In this document: positions 50,201 through 59,775 of the stretch, piece after piece | Layout: the number at the start of each line of letters is the position of its first letter | How positions within the stretch are numbered: position 1 is the stretch's first letter | Source of the DNA: Planctomycetota bacterium | GTDB lineage: Bacteria > Planctomycetota > UBA11346 | Direction of reading: 5' to 3' | Assembly: GCA_038213805.1 (NCBI GenBank) | Contig: JBBQSO010000001.1 | Span: 32,001 to 96,000 of the forward strand | DNA: 64,000 nt | The notes under the pieces: model-generated | What the model was told of the DNA's origin: nothing | The model's input: only the letters and a program-made list of their open reading frames with translations | Database searches by the model: none | Position numbers and translations under genes: made by a program

Positions 50201-51168
50201 ACGTGATGAAGCGCGGCTCATGGCACAACCGCGGCGAGACCGCACCGCGCCAGCTGCTTGAGGCCATCGCTGGCGCCGACCAGCCGCGCATCGCCAAGGG
50301 CAGCGGCCGCCTGGAGCTGGCCAGCCGCATGACCGATCCGCGCGACCCCTTCACCGCCCGGGTGATGGTCAACCGCATCTGGCACCACCTGTTCGGCCGC
50401 GGCATTGTGCCGTCGGTCGACAATTTCGGCGTGCTCGGCGGCAAGCCCAGCAATCCGGCACTGCTCGACCACCTCGCCACCAGCTTCGTGAAGAACGGCT
50501 GGTCGGTGAAGCAGGCGATCCGCGCCATGGTGCTGTCCGCAACCTACCAACAGAGCAGCGCCGCCGAGCCCGAGGCCGACCGCCGCGATCCCGACGATCA
50601 GTGGCTGCACCGCATGCCGATCCGCCGCCTCGAAGCCGAAGCGGTGCGCGACAGCATCCTCGCCGTCTCCGGGCGGCTCGATAACGCGGCGTTGGGGGGA
50701 CCGAGCGTTCCGGTCTTCCTCACCGACTTCATGGAGGGTCGCGGACGGCCCGAGGGCGGCCCGCTGGACGGCAACGGCCGACGCAGCGTCTACCTCGCGA
50801 TCCGCCGCAATTTCCTCTCGCCGATGCTGATGGCCTTCGACGCGCCGACGCCGTTCAGCAGCATGGGACGGCGCTCGGTCTCAAACGTGCCGGCGCAGGC
50901 GCTGACACTGATGAACGACCCGCTGGTCATCGCAGAGGCACGGCGCTGGGCCGAACGCGTGCTCGCCGAACCGGGGAAGAGTCCTGAAGAGCGCATCGCG
51001 CGCATGTGGGCCACCGCCTTCGGCCGCCCCCCGCTGACAGACGAGACCAAAGCGGTGCTCGCCTTCCTGTCCGATCACGCCGCCGCGCTCGGCGGCGACG
51101 AGGCCGCGCTATGGGCCGATCTCGCCCACGCGCTGGTCAACTGCAAAGAATTCATCTTCATCAACTGA
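47284..51168 (+). CDS. Planctomycete cytochrome c + DUF1549 + DUF1553 protein with an inserted beta-sandwich module
   Basis: FFEAKVRPIL..SCYKCHS, IDRFILAKL, GERWGRHWLDLVRYAES, ACARCHDHKFD, ARVMVNRIWHHLFGRGIV, RRLEAEAVRD, PAQALTLMN, KEFIFIN. Confidence 0.95.
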   Translation: MMRVPLLRWRVVASRLALLLPLLALALPARAADSAADLEFFEAKVRPILAGSCYKCHSQKSEKLKGGLYVDTRAGLITGGDTAPAIVPGNPAKSLLIEAVAYTNPDLQMPPKTRLSAQQIADLTAWVQRGAPWPVEAAPTTTDASLKKPFDLAGRRKGWWAWQPIAAPTPPAVGDAAWCHGDIDRFILAKLQEEHLQPAPAADRRTLIRRLSFDLIGLPPTPTEVEAFVADASPHAVEGVVDRLLASPRFGERWGRHWLDLVRYAESRGHEFDYAIPNAWQYRDYVIRAFNADLPYDRFVTEQIAGDLLPQPRTNPGAGFNESVLGTGFWLLGEGVHSPVDIRQDQADRVDNMIDVLGKTFMGLTIACARCHDHKFDAIAAKDYYALAGMIESSTYRQVRFETDLPHRAIAAQLQRLRGEHGPAIAKAFADGCRPVLDRLDTYLLTARDALRSATPAAPGADEVFADFESGTYTGWTATGTAFGAGPRTLETISPIQGRINGVGRYFVNTYCHETNGDDATGTLTSRTFTISKPWLNLLVGGGDYAGQTCVDLIIDGARVLTATGRRNNQMFPVAWDLRPFLGRTAAIRIVDERTGAWGNIGVDHLVFSAAPADAVAVAAHVSPTDDPAQSARIAALARERGLDAPTLLAWVSHLAAVADQPGEPFSAWARCALDPALKPDELFAAPPPPAAAAPALIDYADLGAEDWLPDGVAFGSGPLRAGEVRLGGDPLQPLATVAAYSMAAADPVWQGLKRAPDAANDPVGLDYDRAGRTLTTRSFVIDADRVHVLLRGIAHVYAPVGQHALVYGPLHGALVQRVDTHGAFAWTTLDLAAYRGLRTHLEFTAESGDFAVVRVVVADHAPAPPAAGGRALAAALAGAHGDPAALTAAYRQVFAALATRLGTGSLAGSPDAEDLAPLADWLVRHAPLFGQGRTPLAAAQPFQAAQQKLLAGVRMESHLALALMDGNGTDGYVMKRGSWHNRGETAPRQLLEAIAGADQPRIAKGSGRLELASRMTDPRDPFTARVMVNRIWHHLFGRGIVPSVDNFGVLGGKPSNPALLDHLATSFVKNGWSVKQAIRAMVLSATYQQSSAAEPEADRRDPDDQWLHRMPIRRLEAEAVRDSILAVSGRLDNAALGGPSVPVFLTDFMEGRGRPEGGPLDGNGRRSVYLAIRRNFLSPMLMAFDAPTPFSSMGRRSVSNVPAQALTLMNDPLVIAEARRWAERVLAEPGKSPEERIARMWATAFGRPPLTDETKAVLAFLSDHAAALGGDEAALWADLAHALVNCKEFIFIN

Positions 51169-51184
51169 ACGCGACGGGACCACC

Positions 51185-52621
51185 ATGCGCGACATCGCCT
51201 CCCATCTGCCCGGTATCCCGCTGTCACGGCGCGCCCTGCTCGGCCGCGGCGCGCTCGGCATCGGCGCGCTCGCCGCGAGCGCGCTGTTCGGCCCGCACCT
51301 GGACGCCGGCGAGCCGGTCGCGCACGCTGGGAACAACCCGCCGAAGGCGACGCACTTCCCGGCCAAGGCCACCAGCGTGATCTTCCTGTTCATGGACGGC
51401 GGCGTTTCGCAGGTCGACAGCTTCGACCCCAAACCGCTGCTGACCCAGGAAAATGGCAAACCATTCAAGATGAAGATGGAGCCGACCCAGTTCAACAACA
51501 ACGGCAACACCCTGGGCAGCCCGTGGGAGTTCAAAAACTACGGCCAGAGCGGCCTGCCGATCAGCGCGCTGTTCCCGCACATCGGCGGCTGCGCCGACGA
51601 TCTGACCATCATCCGCTCGCTGGTTTCAGAGTTTCCCGAGCATACCTCCGCCAACTACTTCGTGCACACCGGATCGGGCCTGCAGGGCCGCCCGTCGATG
51701 GGCGCGTGGGCGTCCTACGGACTGGGCAGCCGCTGCGCTGACCTGCCGGGTTTCATCGTGCTCAACGGCGGCCTGATCCCGCCGGGCGGGCTGGACTGCT
51801 TCGGCAATGGCTTCCTGCCCGCGACCTTCCAAAGCTCGATCTTCCGCGCCACCGCCCAACCGGTGGCCAACGTCCGGCCGAGCGAGCGCACACCGCAGCT
51901 GCAGCGCGACAAGCTGGCGTTGACGCGCGGCCTGGACCAGGGCCTGCTCGCCCGCGTCGGTGCCCAGGACGCGCTGGAATCGGCGATCGCCAACGCCGAA
52001 ATGGCGTTCGCCATGCAGACCTCGGTGCCGCAGCTCATGGACCTGTCCGGCGAGAGCGCCGCGACGCGGGCGCTGTACGGACTTGATTCGCAGTTCGAAC
52101 ACACGCGCAGCTACGCCGCGCAGTGCCTGGTCGCGCGCCGCCTGGTCGAGCGTGGCGTGCGCTTCATCGAGCTGACCTGCCCGCCCTGCTCCGGCGACCG
52201 CTGGGACCAGCACAGCGCACTCAAGAAGGGCCACGAGGAGAACGCGCGCGCCGTCGACCAGCCGATCGCCGGCCTGCTCACCGACCTCAAGGCGCGCGGG
52301 CTGCTCGACAGCACCCTGGTGGTGTTCAGCGGCGAGTTCGGCCGCACGCCCTTCGCGCAGGGTTCCGACGGGCGCGACCACAACCCCTTCGCATTCTCGG
52401 CATGGCTGGCCGGCGGTGGCGTCAAGGGCGGCCACATCCACGGCGCCACCGACGAGTACGGCTACAAGGTGGTCCAGGACAAGGTCGACGTCCATGACCT
52501 GCACGCCACCATGCTGCACCTCATGGGCATGGACCACAAACGCGTCACCTACCGCTACGGCGGCCGCGACATGCGCCTGACCGACGTGCACGGCGAAGTG
52601 GTGAAGGGCATCCTGGCCTGA
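51185..52621 (+). CDS. DUF1501 family protein (Tat substrate)
   Basis: SRRALL leader; HFPAKATSVIFLFMDGGVSQVDSFDPKP, ARRLVERGVRF, WDQH, GEFGRTP, GRDHNP, VHDLHATMLHL, RLTDVHG. Confidence 0.96.
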   Translation: MRDIASHLPGIPLSRRALLGRGALGIGALAASALFGPHLDAGEPVAHAGNNPPKATHFPAKATSVIFLFMDGGVSQVDSFDPKPLLTQENGKPFKMKMEPTQFNNNGNTLGSPWEFKNYGQSGLPISALFPHIGGCADDLTIIRSLVSEFPEHTSANYFVHTGSGLQGRPSMGAWASYGLGSRCADLPGFIVLNGGLIPPGGLDCFGNGFLPATFQSSIFRATAQPVANVRPSERTPQLQRDKLALTRGLDQGLLARVGAQDALESAIANAEMAFAMQTSVPQLMDLSGESAATRALYGLDSQFEHTRSYAAQCLVARRLVERGVRFIELTCPPCSGDRWDQHSALKKGHEENARAVDQPIAGLLTDLKARGLLDSTLVVFSGEFGRTPFAQGSDGRDHNPFAFSAWLAGGGVKGGHIHGATDEYGYKVVQDKVDVHDLHATMLHLMGMDHKRVTYRYGGRDMRLTDVHGEVVKGILA

Positions 52622-52647
52622 GCAAGCGGCCGCCGTGGTGCGGCGCT

Positions 52648-55638
52648 TCAGAAGTCGTCGGCGCCGGGCTTGATGACCGGCGGCGGCGGCTGGTAATTGA
52701 GGAAGGCGTTGGGACCGAACGCCGCGTTGGCCGCGGCGACTTTGGCAGCGAGCACGGTGCGCTGCTCCGCGGTCAAGGCGGTGCGATCGAGCAGTCTGCG
52801 CGCCGCGATGCGCGCCCAGGCTCCCGGAGCGGCGACGCAGACGTCCAGCGCGGCGATGGTCGCCCCGCTCAGTGGTCGGATCTGGGCATGCCGCTGCAGC
52901 GCCATGGCGGCGTACTGCGCCACCATGCGGTCAGGACAGGAAAGCAGCCTGACCAGCAAAGCCTCGCTACCGTCGCTGCGCGAACCGCCGAGCGCGCCGG
53001 TGAGCGGCGCAAGGTCGCTGGTCCAGTTCGGGGCCGGCATGTGCTCGCACTCGGCGATGATCGCCGCTGCGGCGGCGAGACCCGCGGGCTGCAAGCGCTC
53101 GACCAACGCCGCAGCGGCGTTGATGCGCCCCGCCGCGCCATGGACGGGCTGGGATATCGGACCGGCATCGGCCTGCGGGGCGGCCTGCAGCTCGGCGAGG
53201 AGAGCGGCATCCGCGTCCGGGCCGCGCAGCCGGCAGAGCGCCAGCAGTGCGGCGTTGCCGACCGTGTAGGGCTCCAGCTCGAGCGCGGAGCGGTCGCCGC
53301 GCAGTGCGACGATGGCCGCGACCAGTGCCGCTGGCGCGTCACCATCCAGCGCGGTGCCCGCAGTGGCCAGCGCCGCGTCGCGCACGACGGCATCGGCGGT
53401 GGCCAGTGCAGCCTGTACGGCGGCGAGCGCGCGCGGTCCGCCGTGGGGCGGCAGGGCGCGCAGCACCCACGCGCGGGCGCGTGATTGGGTCTCGTTGGTC
53501 GCGCGGGCGATGATAAGCTCGTCGAACGCGGCGATCATCGCTTCGGAGTGTTTGCGCTCGCGCACCGCCTTGGCCAGGATCAGCGCCTGGTGCGCCGCTT
53601 CCGTGCGCACCTCGGGCCGGGGGTCGACGAGGGTTGCCAGGAACGCCGCCATGACCGCGTCACCCGGCCCATCCTTGCGCGTGAGCGCAACTGCGAGCGC
53701 CCCGCCCAGGCCGCGCACCGCGCCACGCCGAGCCTTTGCCTGCGTGTCGGCCAAGCCGGCGCGCAGCCACGGCAGCAGCGCTGCGGGATCCGCATCGGGC
53801 TGGGCTCCGGGAAGCGCGGCTGAGGCCTGCGCGCGCATCTCCGCGGATGGGCTGCCCGCGGCCAGAGTCAGCAACTGCTCCGTCACCGCCGGCATCCCGC
53901 CCAGCTCGCGGCGCCAAGCGAGCAGGGCGGGCACCCGCGCCTCGTCGCCCTGGTTGGCGACGAGCAGCGCTGCAATCAGCGGGCTCCACCCGATGGTATT
54001 GTCGCGAGCGATCTGCGGGGCTGCCGCCACCAGCAGCGCCGCGGTGGGAAGCACGCCGGCACCGATCACCAGGTCGTGACCACGCAGCACCGCGCCGCCG
54101 CCATCCGTCTCGACCCAGGCGAGGGTGGTCGGCACCTGCGGCGCCAGCGCCGCCCGTTCGAGAACGTCGAGCAACGCACCAGCAGTGACGGCATCCAGCC
54201 CGTCCAGGAACGGCAGCGGCAGCTCGCCACCGCTGATGGCGTGCAGACTGAGCGCAGCGCGCGCGAGCGGCACCAGCGCACCGAGGCGGTGGAGGATCGC
54301 CTGGTTGGCCTGCAGCGCGAGCCCGAGCGCGCCGGCGGGCAGGCCATGCTGCGTGCGCAGGCGTCCGGCCAGCCCGGGATTGCCGAGGCGCGTGAGCAGG
54401 TGTTCTTCAGTGGAGATCAGCCAGGCGCGTGCGCTGCGGCGGATCCAGATCGGCGCGCCGATCCACTTCGGCGTGACCTTGACCGGGGCCTGGCGCGCCG
54501 CGTCGATGCTGCCGCCGTCGTCTGGCCACGCGGCGCGCAGCCGCGCATCCAACCCCGGGCCGGCAGGGATGGCGAGGACCATGTCCGGCAACGGCAGTGC
54601 GGGCACGATGGCGACCCAGGCCGGGCCATCCACCTCCGCCAGGATGGCGGTGTCCGGACCCCATGCGGTGACTGCCAGCGGATCGGCGCTGGCCGCGCGG
54701 ACGGCCAGCGCCGCCAACGCGGGACCGTCGAGACCGACGGCGGACAGCGTGAGCGCGTCCGCGGGGACCTCGGCTTCCAGCACTGCGGTATCCAGCGCGC
54801 GCAGGGGCAGGTGGGCCCCGGGCAGGCGTATGGTCTCGCTGCTGCGGCCGCTGGCCAGACTCACCGTCGCCGCGACCTCGGTCGCACCGCTCGCCCGCAG
54901 CATCGCCTCCGCTCCGGGGATGCCCAAGGAGGCGACCAGCGCCGCCAGGTCGGCGGTAAGCTGCAGGTCGGCATCTCCAGCACCGCCCTGCGCAGGCTCG
55001 GCCCCAAGGCCGCCACCCAGCAACGTCGCGCCCTGCGCGACGATCCGCACCCCATCCACAGGGTCTTCCCCCCAAAAGGTGCGCGAGCGTGCGATGACGA
55101 CCCCATCTCCATCGGGCTGCGCGGGGACCCGCGCCATCACCGGCACCATCTGGTACGTATCGACCTGACCCAGGCGGAGCCGGGAGATGGCGGCGACATC
55201 TGTGGCGATGATGCCCTCGGCGCGCCGTCGGTCGCGCTCGGCCGCAGCCGGCACACCGAGCAGCATCGGCGCCGCGGGCGCGTCCAGATCGATGCGGAAG
55301 GCGACTTCGGTCTGCAGGCTCGCGGTGATCGCGGTGAGGTGCGGAAGCAGGCCCCGGAGATCAATCCCGGTGAGGTCCGCACCCTGGTCGATGAACCCAC
55401 CGAGGCGTGCCCGCGCGGCGTCGTCGAGGGCGCGCGTCGCGAGCGCGCCGTACCAGCTCGTCGCGAGCCGCGCGCGCAGGCGCGGGACATCGGGGATGCT
55501 CAGTGTAAACAGCGGGCCATTCGGATACGGGTGCACCGCGGGCACGGGTTCGGTTGGAAGCTCGACCGCGGCCACAGCGCAGCAAGCAACGAGGGCGATG
55601 CACATCATCAACGCCAGTGGCACGCGGCGCGCGACCAT
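52648..55638 (-). CDS. Large exported protein with C-terminal HEAT/ARM-like repeats
   Basis: Signal peptide from Met at 55638; repeats LADTQAKARRGAVRGLG, LVDPRPEVRTEAA, LATADAVVRDAAL, LSCPDRMVAQYAAMAL; Pro-rich tail. Confidence 0.75.
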   Translation of the reverse strand: MVARRVPLALMMCIALVACCAVAAVELPTEPVPAVHPYPNGPLFTLSIPDVPRLRARLATSWYGALATRALDDAARARLGGFIDQGADLTGIDLRGLLPHLTAITASLQTEVAFRIDLDAPAAPMLLGVPAAAERDRRRAEGIIATDVAAISRLRLGQVDTYQMVPVMARVPAQPDGDGVVIARSRTFWGEDPVDGVRIVAQGATLLGGGLGAEPAQGGAGDADLQLTADLAALVASLGIPGAEAMLRASGATEVAATVSLASGRSSETIRLPGAHLPLRALDTAVLEAEVPADALTLSAVGLDGPALAALAVRAASADPLAVTAWGPDTAILAEVDGPAWVAIVPALPLPDMVLAIPAGPGLDARLRAAWPDDGGSIDAARQAPVKVTPKWIGAPIWIRRSARAWLISTEEHLLTRLGNPGLAGRLRTQHGLPAGALGLALQANQAILHRLGALVPLARAALSLHAISGGELPLPFLDGLDAVTAGALLDVLERAALAPQVPTTLAWVETDGGGAVLRGHDLVIGAGVLPTAALLVAAAPQIARDNTIGWSPLIAALLVANQGDEARVPALLAWRRELGGMPAVTEQLLTLAAGSPSAEMRAQASAALPGAQPDADPAALLPWLRAGLADTQAKARRGAVRGLGGALAVALTRKDGPGDAVMAAFLATLVDPRPEVRTEAAHQALILAKAVRERKHSEAMIAAFDELIIARATNETQSRARAWVLRALPPHGGPRALAAVQAALATADAVVRDAALATAGTALDGDAPAALVAAIVALRGDRSALELEPYTVGNAALLALCRLRGPDADAALLAELQAAPQADAGPISQPVHGAAGRINAAAALVERLQPAGLAAAAAIIAECEHMPAPNWTSDLAPLTGALGGSRSDGSEALLVRLLSCPDRMVAQYAAMALQRHAQIRPLSGATIAALDVCVAAPGAWARIAARRLLDRTALTAEQRTVLAAKVAAANAAFGPNAFLNYQPPPPVIKPGADDF

Positions 55639-55839
55639 CGCACAGCATCGCCAGCCGTGGCACCCAGACTGGTCGACGAACGCGGCCGCCGAGGCGGCGG
55701 AAACACAGAGCATGGGGGGATGATGCATGGCAGCGGCCGATCAGCATTCTCCCCCTCGTGCCAGGGGCAAGCGGATTGCCCGACCGTTGTGCGCCCCAAC
55801 GCGACTGCGGGCGAGCTTTTCAACTCCGGGCCTAACGCC

Positions 55840-58248
55840 TCACTTCTCCACCCACGGCGACAACCGCATCCCCGGAATCGGCCGTTCCATGCCGCCATCG
55901 GGAAGCTTCCAACCGACCGAGCAGTGGCTGTCGCCCGCGCCCTGCTGGTGGCGGATCTCGAGATAATAGCGGTTCCCCGCCTGCAACGTGAGGGGCGCGG
56001 AGCGCTGCTTCCCGCCGTCCCAGTTCCCGTACTTGCTGCGCGACGACCAGCACAACACCCTGCACTTCTCCGGCGTCTCATCGCTGCTCAGCGCGAGTTC
56101 GCCTTCGTTATCCGCGGTGATCCAGAACACGTACGTGCCGGTCTGTGGTGGCACCAGATAGCCACGCAGGCGTGAATAATAGGCTTTCCCGTCGTTGCGC
56201 GGCTCGTCCAAGATGGTGAGCGGGCCGCTCTGGTCAGGCGCATTCTTCAGCTTGGGGTTGGTGGCCGCCGTCTTCAGATAGTCAGTGGAGACGTCCAGCC
56301 ACTTTTCGCGCAGGATCGTACCCGCACCTGCGGGCGTGGCGACGATGCTGACCGCGACCCGCGGCGATGCTGTGTGACCGCCATCAACAGCGGTGGCGAC
56401 CGCGCTGAACGCGGCGACGTGCGCGTGCAGCCGATGGGGAGCAAGAGTGAGGCGCCAGGGCGGCCGGCTGACGCTGCCAAGCACCTGGTCCCCGTCCATG
56501 AACGCCACCGTGCTGATCTCGGCAGAGGATGCCACGACCTCGGCAAGCAGATCCAATGGCCGGCTGTCATCCTGGATGGCATCCGCTTGCGGCAGGGTCA
56601 GCAACGCCACCGGCGGAATCGGCGCCGCCGGCGCGCCGATGGTGGCCAAGGTCAACCCCGAAACCACCGCGTGGCCCGGTCCGCTGATGGTCAGCACCAG
56701 GGGCGCGCCGGTCAGGGTGGTGCGATAGGGTCCCAACCTGCGCCACGCCGTGCCCGGCAGCGGCGGCGCATTCTCGGTACGTTCGCCGACGACCAGCGAG
56801 ACCGCGCCAGCAGCGCCGTCACCGGCCACCCACAGCGTGATCTCGTAGGTCCCGGCGGGCAGGGCCTGGCTCAGCCGCACCGGCCCGCCACCGGCGATGA
56901 TGCCGCGCTCGAGCATGCTCTTGCCGTCAAAATCGAGGCCGGCGCCGCTCAGTGGCGGAATGGTGGCGGCGACCGCCTCTGCCCCCAGGACCAGCCCGCC
57001 GGCGAGCGCCTGGCGCTGGCCGATCCAAGGATTGCGCTCGATGACCACGCCCTCGCCACCAAGGTTGATGCCCCGTACGAAGACCGCCTGCCCATCGCTG
57101 CGCGGCATCCAGCGCGCCGCGGTCGGCACCGGCGCTGCCAACACCTTCGGTGGAGATAGAGCGGGATCCTGGTCGAGCGTACCCGGGACTTCAGCGCTGG
57201 GCGCCTGGACCACCACCGGCGCGGCCACGGCGCGCGGATGGTCACCACGTCCCCAGGTCAGCAGCAACGCGATGCTGCCGACCAGGATCAGGCCACCGGC
57301 GACCAAACCCGCCGCCAGCCCAGAGCTGCCTGTGGCGGGCGCGGACGTGCGCGGGCGGGAGAGCCCGTCCGAAGGTCGTACGCGCCGCGCGCCATGCTCT
57401 GGTGTGGCGATGCGCCGCAACTGCTCGGACGGGGAACGTGACGCCTCCACCCGGCGCAGCTCCGGCACCGGTGCAGGCTCGGCGCCCGCGCCAGGATCGA
57501 GAGTCGCCCAGGCGGAGTGGGCGACCACGCGCGCGGCGTCTTCGCCCAGTGGTCCAAGCAGCGCGCGCAGCACCAGATCAAGGCACGCCTGTCGCATGAA
57601 GGTGGCAGCGCGCCCGCGGTCGGCCAGGACCTGGCCGGCGAAGCGCCCACGCAGGTCGCCATCCAGGACGCCGGCGAGGTACTCCTCGATGATCGCGCTG
57701 AAGGGTCCATGCGCACTGGCGCCGACGCTGGCATCAGGCTGCCAGTCGAGGCTGCTACGCGCCATGACCAGGGAATCGGCGACGTCCTCGAGTGGGACGT
57801 TCTGGGCGGCGGCGAGCGCGGCGATCGGCAGCTGCTCGGCGTAGTGGCGATGCAGCAGGCGCTGCGCCATCAACGGCATGCGCCCCAGACGATCACGCAC
57901 CTGGTGCCCCGCAGCGAGGGTCGGCACAGCGACTGCTTGCAGCTCGGCCGCAGCCACGCGTGCCTGCGTCTGGGGCAATGCATCCGTGGTCGGCAGCGCC
58001 AAGCGCTGGGCCAGCTCGTTTCGCGCCAGGTCGAGCACCCATGGCAGTGGCGCTTCCGGACATGCAGCGAGTCGGCGCCGCACGACGCACCACACCGCCA
58101 GCGCAGCGTCATCGACCATCACCGCATCAAGCGCGTAGGTGGCCAGCCACAGGCGCAGCTCGCCATGCAGCGCCTGGACCAGTTCGGTGAAGGCCGCGGC
58201 CTGTCCGCTCCGTACACGTGACGTGAGTGCGGCCAGCTCAGCGCTCAC
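55840..58248 (-). CDS. Fusion protein: degenerate ECF sigma, anti-sigma-like helix bundle, TM, malectin-like, Ig-like, PA14
   Basis: GAGGGA RBS + GTG at 58248; sigma2-like GQAAAFTELVQALHGELRLWL...WVLDLARN; sigma4-like LLHRHYAEQLPIAALAAAQNVPLEDVADSLVMARSSL; IIEEYLAGVL; TM LAAGLVAGGLILVGSIALLLTW; FVRGINLGG; STVAFMDGDQVLG..SRPPW; PA14 RLRGYLVPPQTGTYVFWITADNEGEL...LQAGNRYYLEIRHQQGAG. Confidence 0.8.
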   Translation of the reverse strand: MSAELAALTSRVRSGQAAAFTELVQALHGELRLWLATYALDAVMVDDAALAVWCVVRRRLAACPEAPLPWVLDLARNELAQRLALPTTDALPQTQARVAAAELQAVAVPTLAAGHQVRDRLGRMPLMAQRLLHRHYAEQLPIAALAAAQNVPLEDVADSLVMARSSLDWQPDASVGASAHGPFSAIIEEYLAGVLDGDLRGRFAGQVLADRGRAATFMRQACLDLVLRALLGPLGEDAARVVAHSAWATLDPGAGAEPAPVPELRRVEASRSPSEQLRRIATPEHGARRVRPSDGLSRPRTSAPATGSSGLAAGLVAGGLILVGSIALLLTWGRGDHPRAVAAPVVVQAPSAEVPGTLDQDPALSPPKVLAAPVPTAARWMPRSDGQAVFVRGINLGGEGVVIERNPWIGQRQALAGGLVLGAEAVAATIPPLSGAGLDFDGKSMLERGIIAGGGPVRLSQALPAGTYEITLWVAGDGAAGAVSLVVGERTENAPPLPGTAWRRLGPYRTTLTGAPLVLTISGPGHAVVSGLTLATIGAPAAPIPPVALLTLPQADAIQDDSRPLDLLAEVVASSAEISTVAFMDGDQVLGSVSRPPWRLTLAPHRLHAHVAAFSAVATAVDGGHTASPRVAVSIVATPAGAGTILREKWLDVSTDYLKTAATNPKLKNAPDQSGPLTILDEPRNDGKAYYSRLRGYLVPPQTGTYVFWITADNEGELALSSDETPEKCRVLCWSSRSKYGNWDGGKQRSAPLTLQAGNRYYLEIRHQQGAGDSHCSVGWKLPDGGMERPIPGMRLSPWVEK

Positions 58249-59521
58249 GGGAGGTCCCTCTGTCCGGCCGCCCCGCGCGACGGCGGGCAGCGGCAGTCCG
58301 GCCACTCGGACGACGTTGCCGGCTCAGCCGGTCACTTCCACGGCAATGCCCGGCGAGGCGGCTCCGGCCGATCGCGCTCCGCCACCCGTGCGGCCGTCGG
58401 GATGGGCCGCGACGGGGCGGTCCAGAGCGGAATCGACTACGGGCTGGCACCATGGAACTGGGGGAGTTTACCTGCAGTACTGGGCCCCTGCCAGACCGCT
58501 TTCCCAGGACTCCGCACAGGCCAGTGCGACGCTGTCGGTAGCATCGCCTGCGATCCCAAGCTCGACCTGCTCCTCGACCGCGTCGTCGATGTCCAGCGTG
58601 AAAGGGGTGTGGGCCGCGTGGACCCAGCTCGCGCGCCTCAAGCAGGGGTTCTGCCCGCGACCGTGCACGACCCTCGCCTGCACCATCGACCTGGGTCCAG
58701 GCGGCACCTTCAGCACCACGATGCGTTCGCCCGACGTCACGAACGCGCATGCCCGCCGCCAAAAGAGCAGCCGGATCCTGGTCACTGCCAGGACAGCGTT
58801 TCCCAAGGCGGAAAATGCGCTCGCAACGCCTGCCCCTCTCACCTCATCGCCTGGAGGTTGCGTACCGTCCCCAACAACCATGTGAGCGCATGAAGGACGA
58901 GCGTCGCGCACGAGTACGAATTATGAGAAGCCTGGAATTCCTGCCCGCGCAGGGCGATGGACGGTCATTCCGCTGACCGTTCCATGCCCGCGCGCGATGA
59001 CCAGGACCTCCGCACCTTCCAGCCAGCGTCGTCGCTCAAGGCGCGTGGCCTCCATCTCGGCTGCCTGCCAACCTTATACACGGGATTGGGGCAGCATGGC
59101 GGCCGCGACCACCGTCTGTACGTCTGTCTCGCGCCACACGAGGGTCTCGTCGTGTTGTGCGCGACGACCTCGCCCGGACCTCGCTGAGTGGATCGAGGTG
59201 CAAGCGGTGAGACGAATGGAACAAGAGCATCCGTCCGCACTCTCACGCACCAGAGGTCGTGAAGACACCAGTCATGTTTGCACAAATGTTAAAAGCATAG
59301 ATGACTCATGAATTCGATTTATCAGCACGCGAATACTGGCCACATCGTCAACCTCGGCAACTCGCACTGATTCCTGGAATTTCACTGCATTTGGACGAGA
59401 GAAATAATTTAGGTTGCTGGGTTCAGCGTCCCATGTCCTAAGCTTCCCGATGACCTGCGTCATGCGCCCTTAAGCCGCTCCAGCGCCGCCTTCTGCCGCG
59501 TCCAGTCCACCAAGGATTCCG

Positions 59522-59725
59522 ATGAATATGACTTTTGCCCTCGTCCTGACGATCGTCGGCATCGTGTTGCTGCTGATCGGACTTGATGCAGCGGATGCCA
59601 TCCAGAACGCCTTCTCGCGCCTGTTCTCCGGCCACCTCACCGATCACACGGTGTGGCTGACGGTGGGCGGCATCATCTGCGTGATCATCGGTCTAGGCGG
59701 CTGCTACCGCAGCCGCCGGATCTGA
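59522..59725 (+). CDS. DUF3185-like small membrane protein
   Basis: TM-(A.D.IQNAFSRLFSGHLTDHTVW)-TM pattern; AAGGA RBS. Confidence 0.8.
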   Translation: MNMTFALVLTIVGIVLLLIGLDAADAIQNAFSRLFSGHLTDHTVWLTVGGIICVIIGLGGCYRSRRI

Positions 59726-59775
59726 TTTCCCGCCTTCGGTCCCCATCCATCAACACCTGACCAGGAGTCGATACC

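Noticed and set aside
58468..58911. 147-aa minus-strand ORF and overlapping alternatives
   Set aside because: No recognisable domain, RBS or consistent codon bias.
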